Of a stretch of DNA of 64,000 nt, positions 1 through 8,848 are shown piece after piece (position 1 is the first letter of the stretch; each line of letters starts with the position of its first letter). The translations under genes and the position numbers were made by a program. The stretch comes from a virus. Its lineage: Duplodnaviria; Caudoviricetes. The notes beneath the pieces were generated by a model, which saw nothing but the letters and a program-made list of their open reading frames with translations, searched no databases and was not told the origin of the DNA. The stretch covers positions 224,001-288,000 of the IMG/VR virus record IMGVR_UViG_3300043177_000122. One strand, written 5' to 3'.

Positions 1-2
1 GT

Positions 3-80
3 GAAGCTAAAGAGTTTACTAGTATGTTAAACGCACTGATTGCTGAAAATAAAGAGTTCAGAGAGGCATGGTTTCAATAA
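3..80 (+). CDS. 3' end of an upstream gene (partial, ...EAKEFTSMLNALIAENKEFREAWFQ*)
   Basis: Frame 3 is open from the window edge to TAA 78-80, which overlaps the next ATG (TAATG). Confidence 0.7.
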   Translation, partial: EAKEFTSMLNALIAENKEFREAWFQ

Positions 81-1231
81 TGAGTAACACTATATTTAAG
101 AAGGGGGCAGTACCAAAACCATCTGGTGGACCAATTGCCGCCCCAAAAACTGATACTCCTCCTCCAAAAACTGATGGAGATGCTACTACTCCACCTACTA
201 CCGCTGTACCAAAACCAGGCCAGTCTTCACAGTCAGCTAAGCCTACCGGTGGAGGAGGATATTACATTAATCCAGCTATCAAAGCAATGCAAGATGCAAT
301 GCAACGATTTGCTGCCGGTGTAACTAAGTATTCTTTCAAGAAAACTAAACCAGGTGAAAAGCCAGTTGTAGATGACTCAAAAAAGCCATTTAATGATTTC
401 ATTACCGAACAGTATATGGCAGATTCTCCTATCAAAGGCCAAGAGTACTCTACTGACCCAAATCGTCAAAAGTTACAAGAAAAACAGCCAACTGATTTAA
501 TTGAGATGAATAATGTTATTGATGGTCTCAAAAGAATTGGCTCTCCTGGCACACCACCAGGTAGTGAATTAAAGGCTGATAGTATTTGGGATTTTAGAAC
601 TAACAACGCACTCAAAAACATTTATGCCTTTGCTTATGCTTTAGTTAATCTATCTAAAGATTTTGGAAGGACTAATATACAATCTTTTAATGATGATGAT
701 TTAACAAAAATGTCGGAGCTTATTCCAAAAGAAGATAATCCTGCCAACTTACCTGCGGCTGAAAAAACTGCTAAAGCAAAAGAACTAACTACATTAATCA
801 ATAAACTATCTAATTTTTATTCTTACTATGTAGATGCTATTGCTCAACATCCAGCTTATGTAAGACATATTATTGGAGAAGAACCCCTAATTACTATCAA
901 GCCGGGTGGTGGAGACCCTATTGCATTTACGCCTGAAGAGCAGAAGATGATGCAAAATGTAGATCAATTGACAGTAAATTTTGGACAAGGTCCATTGCCG
1001 TTAAGCGCTCTCAAAAATCTCAATTTTTTTAGAGAATTTTTGACTGAGAATATGAAGTATCAACCAAATCAAACTAGCAATCCAAAAATACTATTAGCTT
1101 TTCTAAAATCATTTTCCGATTTTGCAGATCAAGCTATTCAAAAAGCTCAATTAAAGGCCACGCCACAACCTAAGCAGCAACTTGATGCAGGTACGCCACT
1201 TAGTGGTACCGGTCCAGTCAGACAAGTATAA
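80..1231 (+). CDS. Hypothetical virion/head-cargo protein, Pro/Thr-rich N-terminus
   Basis: Long ORF; start moved from 68 to ATG 80 because of TAATG coupling; lies in the operon leading to the capsid gene. Confidence 0.6.
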   Translation: MSNTIFKKGAVPKPSGGPIAAPKTDTPPPKTDGDATTPPTTAVPKPGQSSQSAKPTGGGGYYINPAIKAMQDAMQRFAAGVTKYSFKKTKPGEKPVVDDSKKPFNDFITEQYMADSPIKGQEYSTDPNRQKLQEKQPTDLIEMNNVIDGLKRIGSPGTPPGSELKADSIWDFRTNNALKNIYAFAYALVNLSKDFGRTNIQSFNDDDLTKMSELIPKEDNPANLPAAEKTAKAKELTTLINKLSNFYSYYVDAIAQHPAYVRHIIGEEPLITIKPGGGDPIAFTPEEQKMMQNVDQLTVNFGQGPLPLSALKNLNFFREFLTENMKYQPNQTSNPKILLAFLKSFSDFADQAIQKAQLKATPQPKQQLDAGTPLSGTGPVRQV

Positions 1232-1239
1232 GGATACCA

Positions 1240-2778
1240 ATGTCTTTTATTTATGACGATCTAAAATTACTAAAATCTCTAATAGTTGCTGGGGAGAAGT
1301 CTATCCAAAAGCGTGGTCAACAAACCGATCCACAACAACTAGCTACTCTTGTATTAGCTAAGAAGATGGCTCAGCAATTGATGCGTCAAGTAGATCCTAA
1401 TTCTGTACCAAAAGCTACGGCACCTATTGGAAGTGAGTTAGGTGAAGGAGCGACACCCGAATTAGATCGTAAAAATTTAGAAAGTCTTGGAGACTTTCTA
1501 AAATGGGCCTCTGATAATGCCATTACTTGGGATGGTAAGAGAGTTGCTTACGTTTATAACGATCCAAACCAACAAGGCCCGGTTGGTTATTGGAAATTCC
1601 TTACTTATAAAATTGATCGAGAGAGGGACCCTTATGATAGAACGGCCATTCAGGTTCCAGCTTATGCTGACAAAGATGCTCTTATCAAGCTTATTACTTA
1701 TTTAAGAGACTCTCAAGAGGCTAAGACTGAAAAAGTATTTGCTGTTATGTTGGGACGCCTTATTAATCAAACAAATCAGTTTTTGGAAAAGACTGAGCAA
1801 ATTGGTCCACGTACTGAACAAAAGCCAGCCGAAGCATTCAATGCAAATGATGTAGTTGATGGTTTTAAAGATACGACCATTAACATCAAAGATCCATATG
1901 CTGGAATTCAAGAATTTATGAAAGCAACTGACCCAAATATGATTCTCAATAGAATGACTTGGAGAGATGTTAGCTCTAAAGCTGGCTTAATAGATTGGCT
2001 TCGTGGTATGAAATTTATTGGAGAAGATGGTAAACCATATGATCCAACGGCCCCAGGAGTAGACCCATGTGGAGCAATTCATGTTCTTTACTTACGTGCT
2101 AAATATCTATCTCAGTATGCTACCGATAGACTACGTCCAGGTTTTTCTAAGCTTGAGCAAGCATACTTAAAACAGATTCAAACTCTGGGCCCACAGTTTG
2201 ATTTTAATGATCAAGCTTGTGCAGTAACCAAACCAGGAACTATTACTCCTCAACAGCCGGGTCAGCCGGGTCAGCCAGGCCAGCAAGGACAAAGTGGACA
2301 GCCTGGAAAGATTAGTCCGCAAGCACTTCAGCAATTAGCTGCGCTACGACCATTCCACACAAACAATATTGATTTTAGAGAAATTAAACTATTCTTAGAT
2401 CGATACAATCAACTAGCTAACAAGCCAGGTATTGATGCTATGATTGGTCAAATTAAGCACTCTATGGACATGGCTAATCGATTAATGGGAACTGCTGACG
2501 CTCCAATTCAGATTGATAACTTAACTGGCGATCAAGTGAAGGATTGGTCAAATCAACCAATTCCATTGTTGAATATTCTAAATACCATTATTTCATACTC
2601 TGGAAGAGTATACCAGGATTTCTTTAATGAGTTCAATACTATTCTTGGAGAAGATGTCGCGAGACCAGTTGAGCAACAACTTACTGTCCAACAAACTAAT
2701 CTTGGCACAATTTTACGTGTTAGAGATAATCTTATAAGAGAAATACCAACAAGCACTACCCCTAGAGGCAAACGATGA
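1240..2778 (+). CDS. Hypothetical virion/head-cargo protein with PGQ repeat linker
   Basis: 512 aa ORF; ATGA overlap with next gene; PQQPGQPGQPGQQGQSGQPG linker. Confidence 0.6.
   Translation: MSFIYDDLKLLKSLIVAGEKSIQKRGQQTDPQQLATLVLAKKMAQQLMRQVDPNSVPKATAPIGSELGEGATPELDRKNLESLGDFLKWASDNAITWDGKRVAYVYNDPNQQGPVGYWKFLTYKIDRERDPYDRTAIQVPAYADKDALIKLITYLRDSQEAKTEKVFAVMLGRLINQTNQFLEKTEQIGPRTEQKPAEAFNANDVVDGFKDTTINIKDPYAGIQEFMKATDPNMILNRMTWRDVSSKAGLIDWLRGMKFIGEDGKPYDPTAPGVDPCGAIHVLYLRAKYLSQYATDRLRPGFSKLEQAYLKQIQTLGPQFDFNDQACAVTKPGTITPQQPGQPGQPGQQGQSGQPGKISPQALQQLAALRPFHTNNIDFREIKLFLDRYNQLANKPGIDAMIGQIKHSMDMANRLMGTADAPIQIDNLTGDQVKDWSNQPIPLLNILNTIISYSGRVYQDFFNEFNTILGEDVARPVEQQLTVQQTNLGTILRVRDNLIREIPTSTTPRGKR
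2251..2307 (+). repeat. Short tandem repeat encoding (PGQ)n linker
   Basis: cagccgggt-cagccgggt-cagccaggc and further degenerate units. Confidence 0.7.
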
Positions 2779-3878
2779 TATCCAATAGTGAAGTTAGCTT
2801 TTGTGTTGACACACTACTTGTAGAGACCGTATTAGCGGAACCAAAACTCTACAAAAAGGCTGGCTTCGTCCAAGATCTGCTTGGCAAAGTAAAAGACTAT
2901 TTTAGTCGTCAGATTGATCCTAATAATCCAGTCAAAAGTGTAATTGACATTTTGGCACCTGGCGCATTATGGTTATTATTTCAATCTATTGGAATTGGTA
3001 AGTGGGGTTTTCTACTTGCTACACTTATGGATGTATTCCATGTTGACGTAAGTGGTATGTTAACATCTCTTTGGAACAAAGTCAAAGAAATGATCGGTGG
3101 AGGACAGAAGACTTCGTCAGCAGCAGTTGATGCAGCTACTGAGTCTACTGTACAACAATTTAATGATCCCGCCACTCCACAAGAAGAGCAGCAAGGTATG
3201 ACTATCTTAAAGCAGAAACAAAATCCTACTGAAAATTCAGCAAGTGATCATAAAGTCTATAGTTCACTTGAGCTATTAAAAGATGCTAGAATGTTTAGAC
3301 TAGCTATTATAAACTATGAAGCTCAAACACTTAGACTTACTTCAGAAGGTTTTGATAAAACTGCTGGATTTTTTGGTAGTACTAAATCTAAAGGTGTTAG
3401 TTTACTAGGTAAAATTTTTGGTTGGATTATCAAGTTGGCCTTAGCTTCTGCGGGTTTAATGGTAGCTGGTGATGTTGCCAATGAAGTATTGGGTCGACCA
3501 AGCGCGTTAAGCGGCACATATCAGCGAGGCCAAGAGTCTCAAAATGAAGGAACTAGATCATCTACTCCTCCTAGAGCTACACAAACTAAATTTCCTTTCA
3601 AAGGAGATAGTCCGTTACCACAATCTTTTCCTCTAGTAAATAATGATAGTAATATTGAAAATATGCTAGTTCAATTTACTAAAGACACATACTCTGGTCT
3701 AGATGGTAAAGAAATCTTCATCCGAAACAGTCCGGCTTTTCAGGCTGTTAAAGATGATATTTCTTTCTTTAATGTACATAATCCCAATAGTGCAGCTATC
3801 TTTTTACCAAAGCATTATAGAACTAGAAGAGCTTTAGTAGATTACTATATAGATGATGTGGCTAAAAGCGCCTCATAA
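2775..3878 (+). CDS. Putative head-cargo/ejection protein with hydrophobic helices
   Basis: 367 aa ORF; YKKA and FDKTA motifs each followed by hydrophobic or amphipathic segments. Function is inference. Confidence 0.5.
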   Translation: MISNSEVSFCVDTLLVETVLAEPKLYKKAGFVQDLLGKVKDYFSRQIDPNNPVKSVIDILAPGALWLLFQSIGIGKWGFLLATLMDVFHVDVSGMLTSLWNKVKEMIGGGQKTSSAAVDAATESTVQQFNDPATPQEEQQGMTILKQKQNPTENSASDHKVYSSLELLKDARMFRLAIINYEAQTLRLTSEGFDKTAGFFGSTKSKGVSLLGKIFGWIIKLALASAGLMVAGDVANEVLGRPSALSGTYQRGQESQNEGTRSSTPPRATQTKFPFKGDSPLPQSFPLVNNDSNIENMLVQFTKDTYSGLDGKEIFIRNSPAFQAVKDDISFFNVHNPNSAAIFLPKHYRTRRALVDYYIDDVAKSAS

Positions 3879-3928
3879 TTAAGGCATAACATGACATATC
3901 AATACAATTTCTTTTTAGGTGAAACCAC

Positions 3929-5194
3929 ATGAGAAAAAGCGAGATATTTGAAAGTTTTGTTAAGATTGCCCAAGAGAGGGGACTTGTGTCTCAAGCCGAT
4001 GAAAAATCAACTCGTGCTGAGCATACCGAAAAATCTTTTTCTGAGACCAATCCAAGAATGGACTCATTGAGTATTGAACAGATTAGTAAACTATATAATA
4101 CCAAACCACCAGCTCCAAAAGAGATGGAATACAAGCGCAATATTATCGAAAATGCGCATCCAGAGTCAGTTGTTGTTTCACCATCTTATGATAAATTAAA
4201 TGGTCTAGTTGAAAATGAAAATGAAGGTCAAGCTATCCGCGCCCGCATCGTCATGAAATATCCGGACGGTCATTTGACACAGCGTAAATATGCCAAGAAG
4301 AATTTGTTACTTTCTTTGGTTCGAGTTGGCAATGAGCTAGACGCTCGTGATAGTGAAGAACTTCGTAAATTAGCCGATGTTTGTTTAATGCAAGCTAGCG
4401 AAACTTGTTTTCATAAAAAAGCAGTTCCAGTAGTACCGATTGTTATTGGAATTGTGGGTTTAATAGGCGCAGTTTATGCTTATGAGCATATTACAGTGAG
4501 AGAAGGTTTGCAGTTTGATTATAAGGAATTGACAGATAAAATTGTGGCGCTACAAAAAGAAACTATGGAATATGGATTTGGTTATAAGTTTTCTGAAGAG
4601 TTCAATAGATTCTTAGCAGATCTTTCTAGTAAAGTTGTTATGCTTCATGATGCCGTTGTCAATTTTCAAAATGCTATGGCCAAAACATCGTTGCCAAAGA
4701 CTAGTGAAGAGCTTACTGGTCAAAATTTAATTAGTAATGCTTCTTCACCAGAAGGTAAAGCGGTGGAAGTTGCTTATGACAACCTTAAAAAGGTTATTGC
4801 AAATCTAGATCCATACTTTATAAAGGTACATCAAAATCTTAATGACCCAGGTTTTCGTGAAAGAGTGATTCAAGACCGTGGTTTTGTTACTGAATTGATT
4901 GATAGAATCCCAGGATTACGTGGCCAACAGAGAAATGAAGCACTTTTGGGCAATTTATTTAAGGATTTGAATGATTTGGTAGAGAATTACCAAAAAGATG
5001 TGGCTACGATTAAAGAAGGTACCGATAAAGCAACACAACAAGAGCAAAAAGCACAAGCTTTTATGAGTAGAACTCTAACAAATACGCCAGCTCCGACTCA
5101 ACAAGCCCCAGAAAAGTCTGTTCCTGAGAAAAAACCTGAAGATAAGGACGCATTTGATGCTTTAGAGGATGAGTTTAACAAGTTAGTCTCATAA
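3929..5194 (+). CDS. Putative head core/cargo protein with one predicted TM helix
   Basis: 421 aa ORF; AGGTG RBS; FVKIA and FHKKA motifs, the latter followed by VPVVPIVIGIVGLIGAVYAY. Confidence 0.5.
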   Translation: MRKSEIFESFVKIAQERGLVSQADEKSTRAEHTEKSFSETNPRMDSLSIEQISKLYNTKPPAPKEMEYKRNIIENAHPESVVVSPSYDKLNGLVENENEGQAIRARIVMKYPDGHLTQRKYAKKNLLLSLVRVGNELDARDSEELRKLADVCLMQASETCFHKKAVPVVPIVIGIVGLIGAVYAYEHITVREGLQFDYKELTDKIVALQKETMEYGFGYKFSEEFNRFLADLSSKVVMLHDAVVNFQNAMAKTSLPKTSEELTGQNLISNASSPEGKAVEVAYDNLKKVIANLDPYFIKVHQNLNDPGFRERVIQDRGFVTELIDRIPGLRGQQRNEALLGNLFKDLNDLVENYQKDVATIKEGTDKATQQEQKAQAFMSRTLTNTPAPTQQAPEKSVPEKKPEDKDAFDALEDEFNKLVS

Positions 5195-5251
5195 TTCTAG
5201 GCATAGGACTGTATTTTTAAGACTTAAGCTCTTTTTTATCGAAAAACATAT

Positions 5252-5265
5252 CAATAAAGAAGTAT
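5252..5265 (+). promoter_or_regulatory. Candidate late-promoter motif (CAAT-AAAGAA-GTAT)
   Basis: Intergenic match to the YAAT-N6-RYAT motif recurring upstream of structural genes. Confidence 0.4.
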
Positions 5266-5342
5266 GCTTTACAGATTTTGTAAGTAATAGGTGTAAGTAA
5301 CCATGCCCCTTGAGGCATTTGAAGATTAAATAGGAAAATACA

Positions 5343-6095
5343 ATGGCTCTAAAACTTTTACAACCAGGCATTCAGCCTTTAGGTCAGTTTGACGGTCTTG
5401 ACGCAGATGTTCTACAAACCAAGGGTGGCGAAATCGTTACTTTCACTTATGTGAACACTTCTGGTCAACCAGGCGTCTTTACCGCAGGTCAAGATCAGGC
5501 CGCATATGACCAATTTGACGGTTACGTCAACGTCTCTGGTACTTTTAAGCGTCCAGCAGTAACCAAGACCCATGCAGGCACTAACTTTGCCGCTCGTCCA
5601 TTAATGCTATCTGATGATGGTATTCAGGGATATGGCACTCTCTTCGGAGCAGTCGTTGGTGGTGCTGTTGGTCAACAGGTAAACGGTCCAAACAGCTACA
5701 CTGGTGCTGTACTTGGCCCTCACACTGCAACCGGCTCTGGCAAGACCACTTGCTGGGATAAGCCAGGTCTCTATGCAGTATCCTTGGACGCAACTCACTC
5801 CAGCCTGCAGCCAACCAACACTACCCTAACCGGCGGTGATGCTCTAGGCTTTACAACTGGTGGTCTTTTGACTCAGGCAACTAACGCTGCCACTGTTTCT
5901 TCCAACGGTTCTGCTGTTGGCTCTGGTGGTGTCGCTGTTGTTGTTGGTCGTCTAGTAGAGTTCAACACCAACCAGTCCTTGGTAACCACTCCAAATTACT
6001 TGGTTGCTGCTTTGAACAGCCCATCTGGAAACGTCTCCTCTGTACAACCAAGAGCATTCCAGTTCGCAACCATCTACTTTGCTCCACCAGCATAA
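5343..6095 (+). CDS. Capsid decoration/cement protein (putative)
   Basis: 250 aa Gly/Ala/Thr-rich ORF immediately upstream of the capsid gene, with the same biased codon usage. Positional call. Confidence 0.6.
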   Translation: MALKLLQPGIQPLGQFDGLDADVLQTKGGEIVTFTYVNTSGQPGVFTAGQDQAAYDQFDGYVNVSGTFKRPAVTKTHAGTNFAARPLMLSDDGIQGYGTLFGAVVGGAVGQQVNGPNSYTGAVLGPHTATGSGKTTCWDKPGLYAVSLDATHSSLQPTNTTLTGGDALGFTTGGLLTQATNAATVSSNGSAVGSGGVAVVVGRLVEFNTNQSLVTTPNYLVAALNSPSGNVSSVQPRAFQFATIYFAPPA

Positions 6096-6110
6096 GTAAC
6101 TGAATAAACT

Positions 6111-6171
6111 TCTCTAGCCGAGAGGCTGGGGGAGACGTAAGTCTCAAAGTCCTCACGGACTCCTCTCACCC
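6111..6171 (+). ncRNA. Candidate structured cis-regulatory RNA in the capsid leader
   Basis: Three adjacent hairpins (CTAGCC-GAGA-GGCTGG; GAGAC-GTAA-GTCTC; AGTCC-TCAC-GGACT), two with GNRA loops, plus an alternative pairing GAGAGG/CCTCTC. Confidence 0.5.
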
Positions 6172-6224
6172 TTTTAACTGTAAGATAAAGCTGGTAAGAC
6201 TGGCAAATTTTTCTAGGAGAACCT

Positions 6225-7238
6225 ATGAATATGTTTAGTGGTAAAGGCGAATTGAACGCCTCATCTTTAAAAGATGCATTGCAGGCATTGGTAAAGTATG
6301 CAGCCATTCTCGAAGAGAATGTTCCTGCCAACCAAGGTCTCGCCGGCCAACCAGCATTGAGCGATGAGAAACGCGATGAGTTAATCACTCGTGCTATCAT
6401 GACTCAGGACGGAAAGATTGCTTTAGCTCAGGCTATGGCAAACCCAATCCGTAGAAACCTAGACTACCACGGTATCGCTCGTCGTGCCTTGGTTGTTGAC
6501 CCACTACCACAGGGAGCAATTCCAACTTACGATAGAGATATCGATGTTGCCGCAGTTGTTATCTCTTCCAACGGTACAGGTCCAGAGTCCCGTGTATTCG
6601 GTGACCGTGTAGTTGTTCCTGAGTTTGAAATCTACGCCAACCCAACGGTTCGTATCGCTGAGGTAAAGCGTCGTAGATTCAACGTCATTGACCGTGCCGT
6701 TCAGAAGGCTCGTCAAGAGATTATGGCCCAAGAAGATGCTAACATCTTTGCCGCTCTTGATGCAGCTTCCTCTGTCGAGAACACTCTCACTGATATCGCC
6801 GATGCAGGTTTGATAAAGCGTGACTTGGTTGAAATCAAGTCACAGATTGAACGTTGGGACTTGGTAACCACCAAGTACTTTATGAACATCAACGAGTTCA
6901 CTGACATGCTCAAGTGGGGTTCTGGTGGTGGACAAGGTGTTGGCGGAGGAGACTTCGATCCAGTAACCATGCGTGAAGTTCTACAGACCGGTCTATATGC
7001 CCACATCTGGGGTACTGATATTATGGTATCCAAGATTGTACCTCCTGGTACGATATATGGCGTGGCAGATCCCGAATTCGTAGGAGTCATGCCAATCCGT
7101 CAGGACATTGAAGTGCTTCCTGCCGACGAACCAAAACAACTAAAATTGGGTTGGGTAGTTAGCGAAATCATCGGAATTGCTATAGTTAATCCAAGAGGCT
7201 GTGCCGCCGGAAGAAAAAGCGTAGTTATCGGGGCTTGA
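6225..7238 (+). CDS. Major capsid protein (HK97-fold, putative)
   Basis: 337 aa; AGGAGA RBS; strongly biased codons; capsid-like segments (RRNLDYHGIARRALVVDPLPQG; EFVGVMPIRQDIEV); followed by a terminator. Confidence 0.85.
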   Translation: MNMFSGKGELNASSLKDALQALVKYAAILEENVPANQGLAGQPALSDEKRDELITRAIMTQDGKIALAQAMANPIRRNLDYHGIARRALVVDPLPQGAIPTYDRDIDVAAVVISSNGTGPESRVFGDRVVVPEFEIYANPTVRIAEVKRRRFNVIDRAVQKARQEIMAQEDANIFAALDAASSVENTLTDIADAGLIKRDLVEIKSQIERWDLVTTKYFMNINEFTDMLKWGSGGGQGVGGGDFDPVTMREVLQTGLYAHIWGTDIMVSKIVPPGTIYGVADPEFVGVMPIRQDIEVLPADEPKQLKLGWVVSEIIGIAIVNPRGCAAGRKSVVIGA

Positions 7239-7278
7239 TCAATAATATCAAGTAGTTAGATAGCTAAAATGAGTTAAG

Positions 7279-7302
7279 AAAAAGCCGCTTTCGCGGCTTT
7301 TT
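7279..7302 (+). terminator. Rho-independent terminator (probably bidirectional)
   Basis: AAAAAGCCGC-TTTC-GCGGCTTTTT after the capsid stop. Confidence 0.85.
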
Positions 7303-7346
7303 CGTTGATATATAGCAGGTGTATATACATAATTTGGACTATAACT

Positions 7347-7490
7347 ATGAGTCTAACACCTATCAAACAACGAAACACTAAAAATAATGTTCTTATCGAC
7401 GCCAAAATTGATGAAATTAACCGTCTCTATCAGGAAGGTATTTCCCTAACAAAAATTGGTCAGCAACTTGGCATACACCATTTGGCCTGA
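7347..7490 (+). pseudogene. Truncated helix-turn-helix protein (likely N-terminus of a larger nuclease/regulator)
   Basis: INRLYQEGISLTKIGQQLGIHH is an HTH start that stops within the recognition helix. Confidence 0.5.
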
Positions 7491-7519
7491 TCAATATTTT
7501 TTGTTGCTGTCTTTTTCAT
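7460..7519 (-). pseudogene. 19-aa stub coupled to the CCA gene (MKKTATKNIDQAKWCMPSC*)
   Basis: ATG overlaps the CCA stop (TAATG), as for real coupled genes elsewhere in the window, then runs into the antisense of the HTH stub. Confidence 0.35.
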
Positions 7520-8754
7520 TAAAATCGACGTGCCATTTCTAGTAAACGATATTTTGTGTTCCGCTCTGGATTGCGTAGAATTTCCAGATAACACTCTTCT
7601 AGTATTTTTTTGATACGTGGGCCGGCGGGAATTCCCGCCGTCAATAGATCGTTACCATTAATTGCCATTTCTTTACGAGTTAAGACAACCAATCCTTTGT
7701 ATTCCTCCAACAATGCTCCAGCCGCCAAACCCATAGGCTCAGTCAACTGTAGAAATTGTTCTAGAGTCTCTTCCCAAGGGTCGGGGCTATGGTTCTTCAC
7801 GACCGCCATAAAGCTCTTATAAGCAAGAGCCGTATTCTTCTCTTGAAAAACCATAAATTTCTCGATAAGCTGAATTAAGAAGATAACTCGTTTGATTTCC
7901 TTATTAGAGAACTTCAAACCAATTAATTCTTCTTGCACCTGCTCAATCGGCAACTTGTTATACAAGAATGCTAATCTGACTTCCAAAGATCCTTGAACAT
8001 AATCTTGATGAGATAACAGTGGAAGTTGCTTGCCAGCAAGAAGCGGACAAGCAATATCCAAAGCGCCAGATTCTTTTAGAATTTGGAGACCATAAGAAGG
8101 GTATGCAGACAATAAAGTTTTTGACAATTCATCACTAATACGCTCCTTGGATACCTTTTTCAAAGTTTCAAGACTGCTTCTCATTCCTTGAAAAGTATTA
8201 TTATCAACTGGATAACCAAATCTGGCAGCAAATCGAGCCACTCGCATAATACGCAATCCGTCTTCTTGGAAGCGCACCAAAGGATTACCTACCGCTTTGA
8301 TCAAACCATTTTTAAGGTCTTCTACTCCTCCAAAAGGGTCTTCAAAACGATAGCTAATTGGATCATAAGCAATAGCATTGATGGTTAAATCTCGTCTAGC
8401 CAAATCTTTATTAACATCCATGATAAAGAAGACTTCATTGGGCCTACGGCCGTCAGAATATTCTCCTTCAATTCTAAATGTAGTAACTTCGAAATGGTTT
8501 TCAATACCTTCACCCATGCAAACCATCACGGTTCCATATTGTAGTCCAGAAGGAATGGTTTTTGAGAAAAGCTCCATAACTCTTTTGGGGCTAGCGTCAG
8601 TGGTAATATCCCAGTCCTTGGGCTTCTGCCCTAGAAGTAGGTCTCGCACACAACCGCCTACGATAAAAGCTTGGTAATTATGTTCTTGTAGTATTTTACA
8701 AATCTCAATTGCACGAGGGTGAATTAGATGTGTGGAAATAGGTTGATGTTCCAT
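7519..8754 (-). CDS. cca: tRNA nucleotidyltransferase (class II CCA-adding enzyme)
   Basis: VGGCVRDLLLG, DWDITT, RRDLTINAIA, EDGLRIMRVARF motifs and loop EGEYSDGRRP. Start placed at 8754 because ATG 8763 overlaps the -10 box. Confidence 0.9.
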   Translation of the reverse strand: MEHQPISTHLIHPRAIEICKILQEHNYQAFIVGGCVRDLLLGQKPKDWDITTDASPKRVMELFSKTIPSGLQYGTVMVCMGEGIENHFEVTTFRIEGEYSDGRRPNEVFFIMDVNKDLARRDLTINAIAYDPISYRFEDPFGGVEDLKNGLIKAVGNPLVRFQEDGLRIMRVARFAARFGYPVDNNTFQGMRSSLETLKKVSKERISDELSKTLLSAYPSYGLQILKESGALDIACPLLAGKQLPLLSHQDYVQGSLEVRLAFLYNKLPIEQVQEELIGLKFSNKEIKRVIFLIQLIEKFMVFQEKNTALAYKSFMAVVKNHSPDPWEETLEQFLQLTEPMGLAAGALLEEYKGLVVLTRKEMAINGNDLLTAGIPAGPRIKKILEECYLEILRNPERNTKYRLLEMARRF

Positions 8755-8761
8755 GAAAGGC

Positions 8762-8789
8762 ATTCTAAAACTTAAAAATTACGTGTCAA
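8762..8789 (-). promoter_or_regulatory. Sigma70-type promoter for cca
   Basis: Minus strand TTGACA-16 nt-TAGAAT, 7 nt before ATG 8754. Confidence 0.75.
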
Positions 8790-8802
8790 GCGGGCCGGCG
8801 TG

Positions 8803-8816
8803 TAATAAGTAGGCAT
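8803..8816 (+). promoter_or_regulatory. Candidate late-promoter motif (TAAT-AAGTAG-GCAT)
   Basis: Intergenic motif match upstream of 8849. Confidence 0.5.
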
Positions 8817-8848
8817 ATTAGAAGAGTTCTATCAAAAGACAGAGGCAA

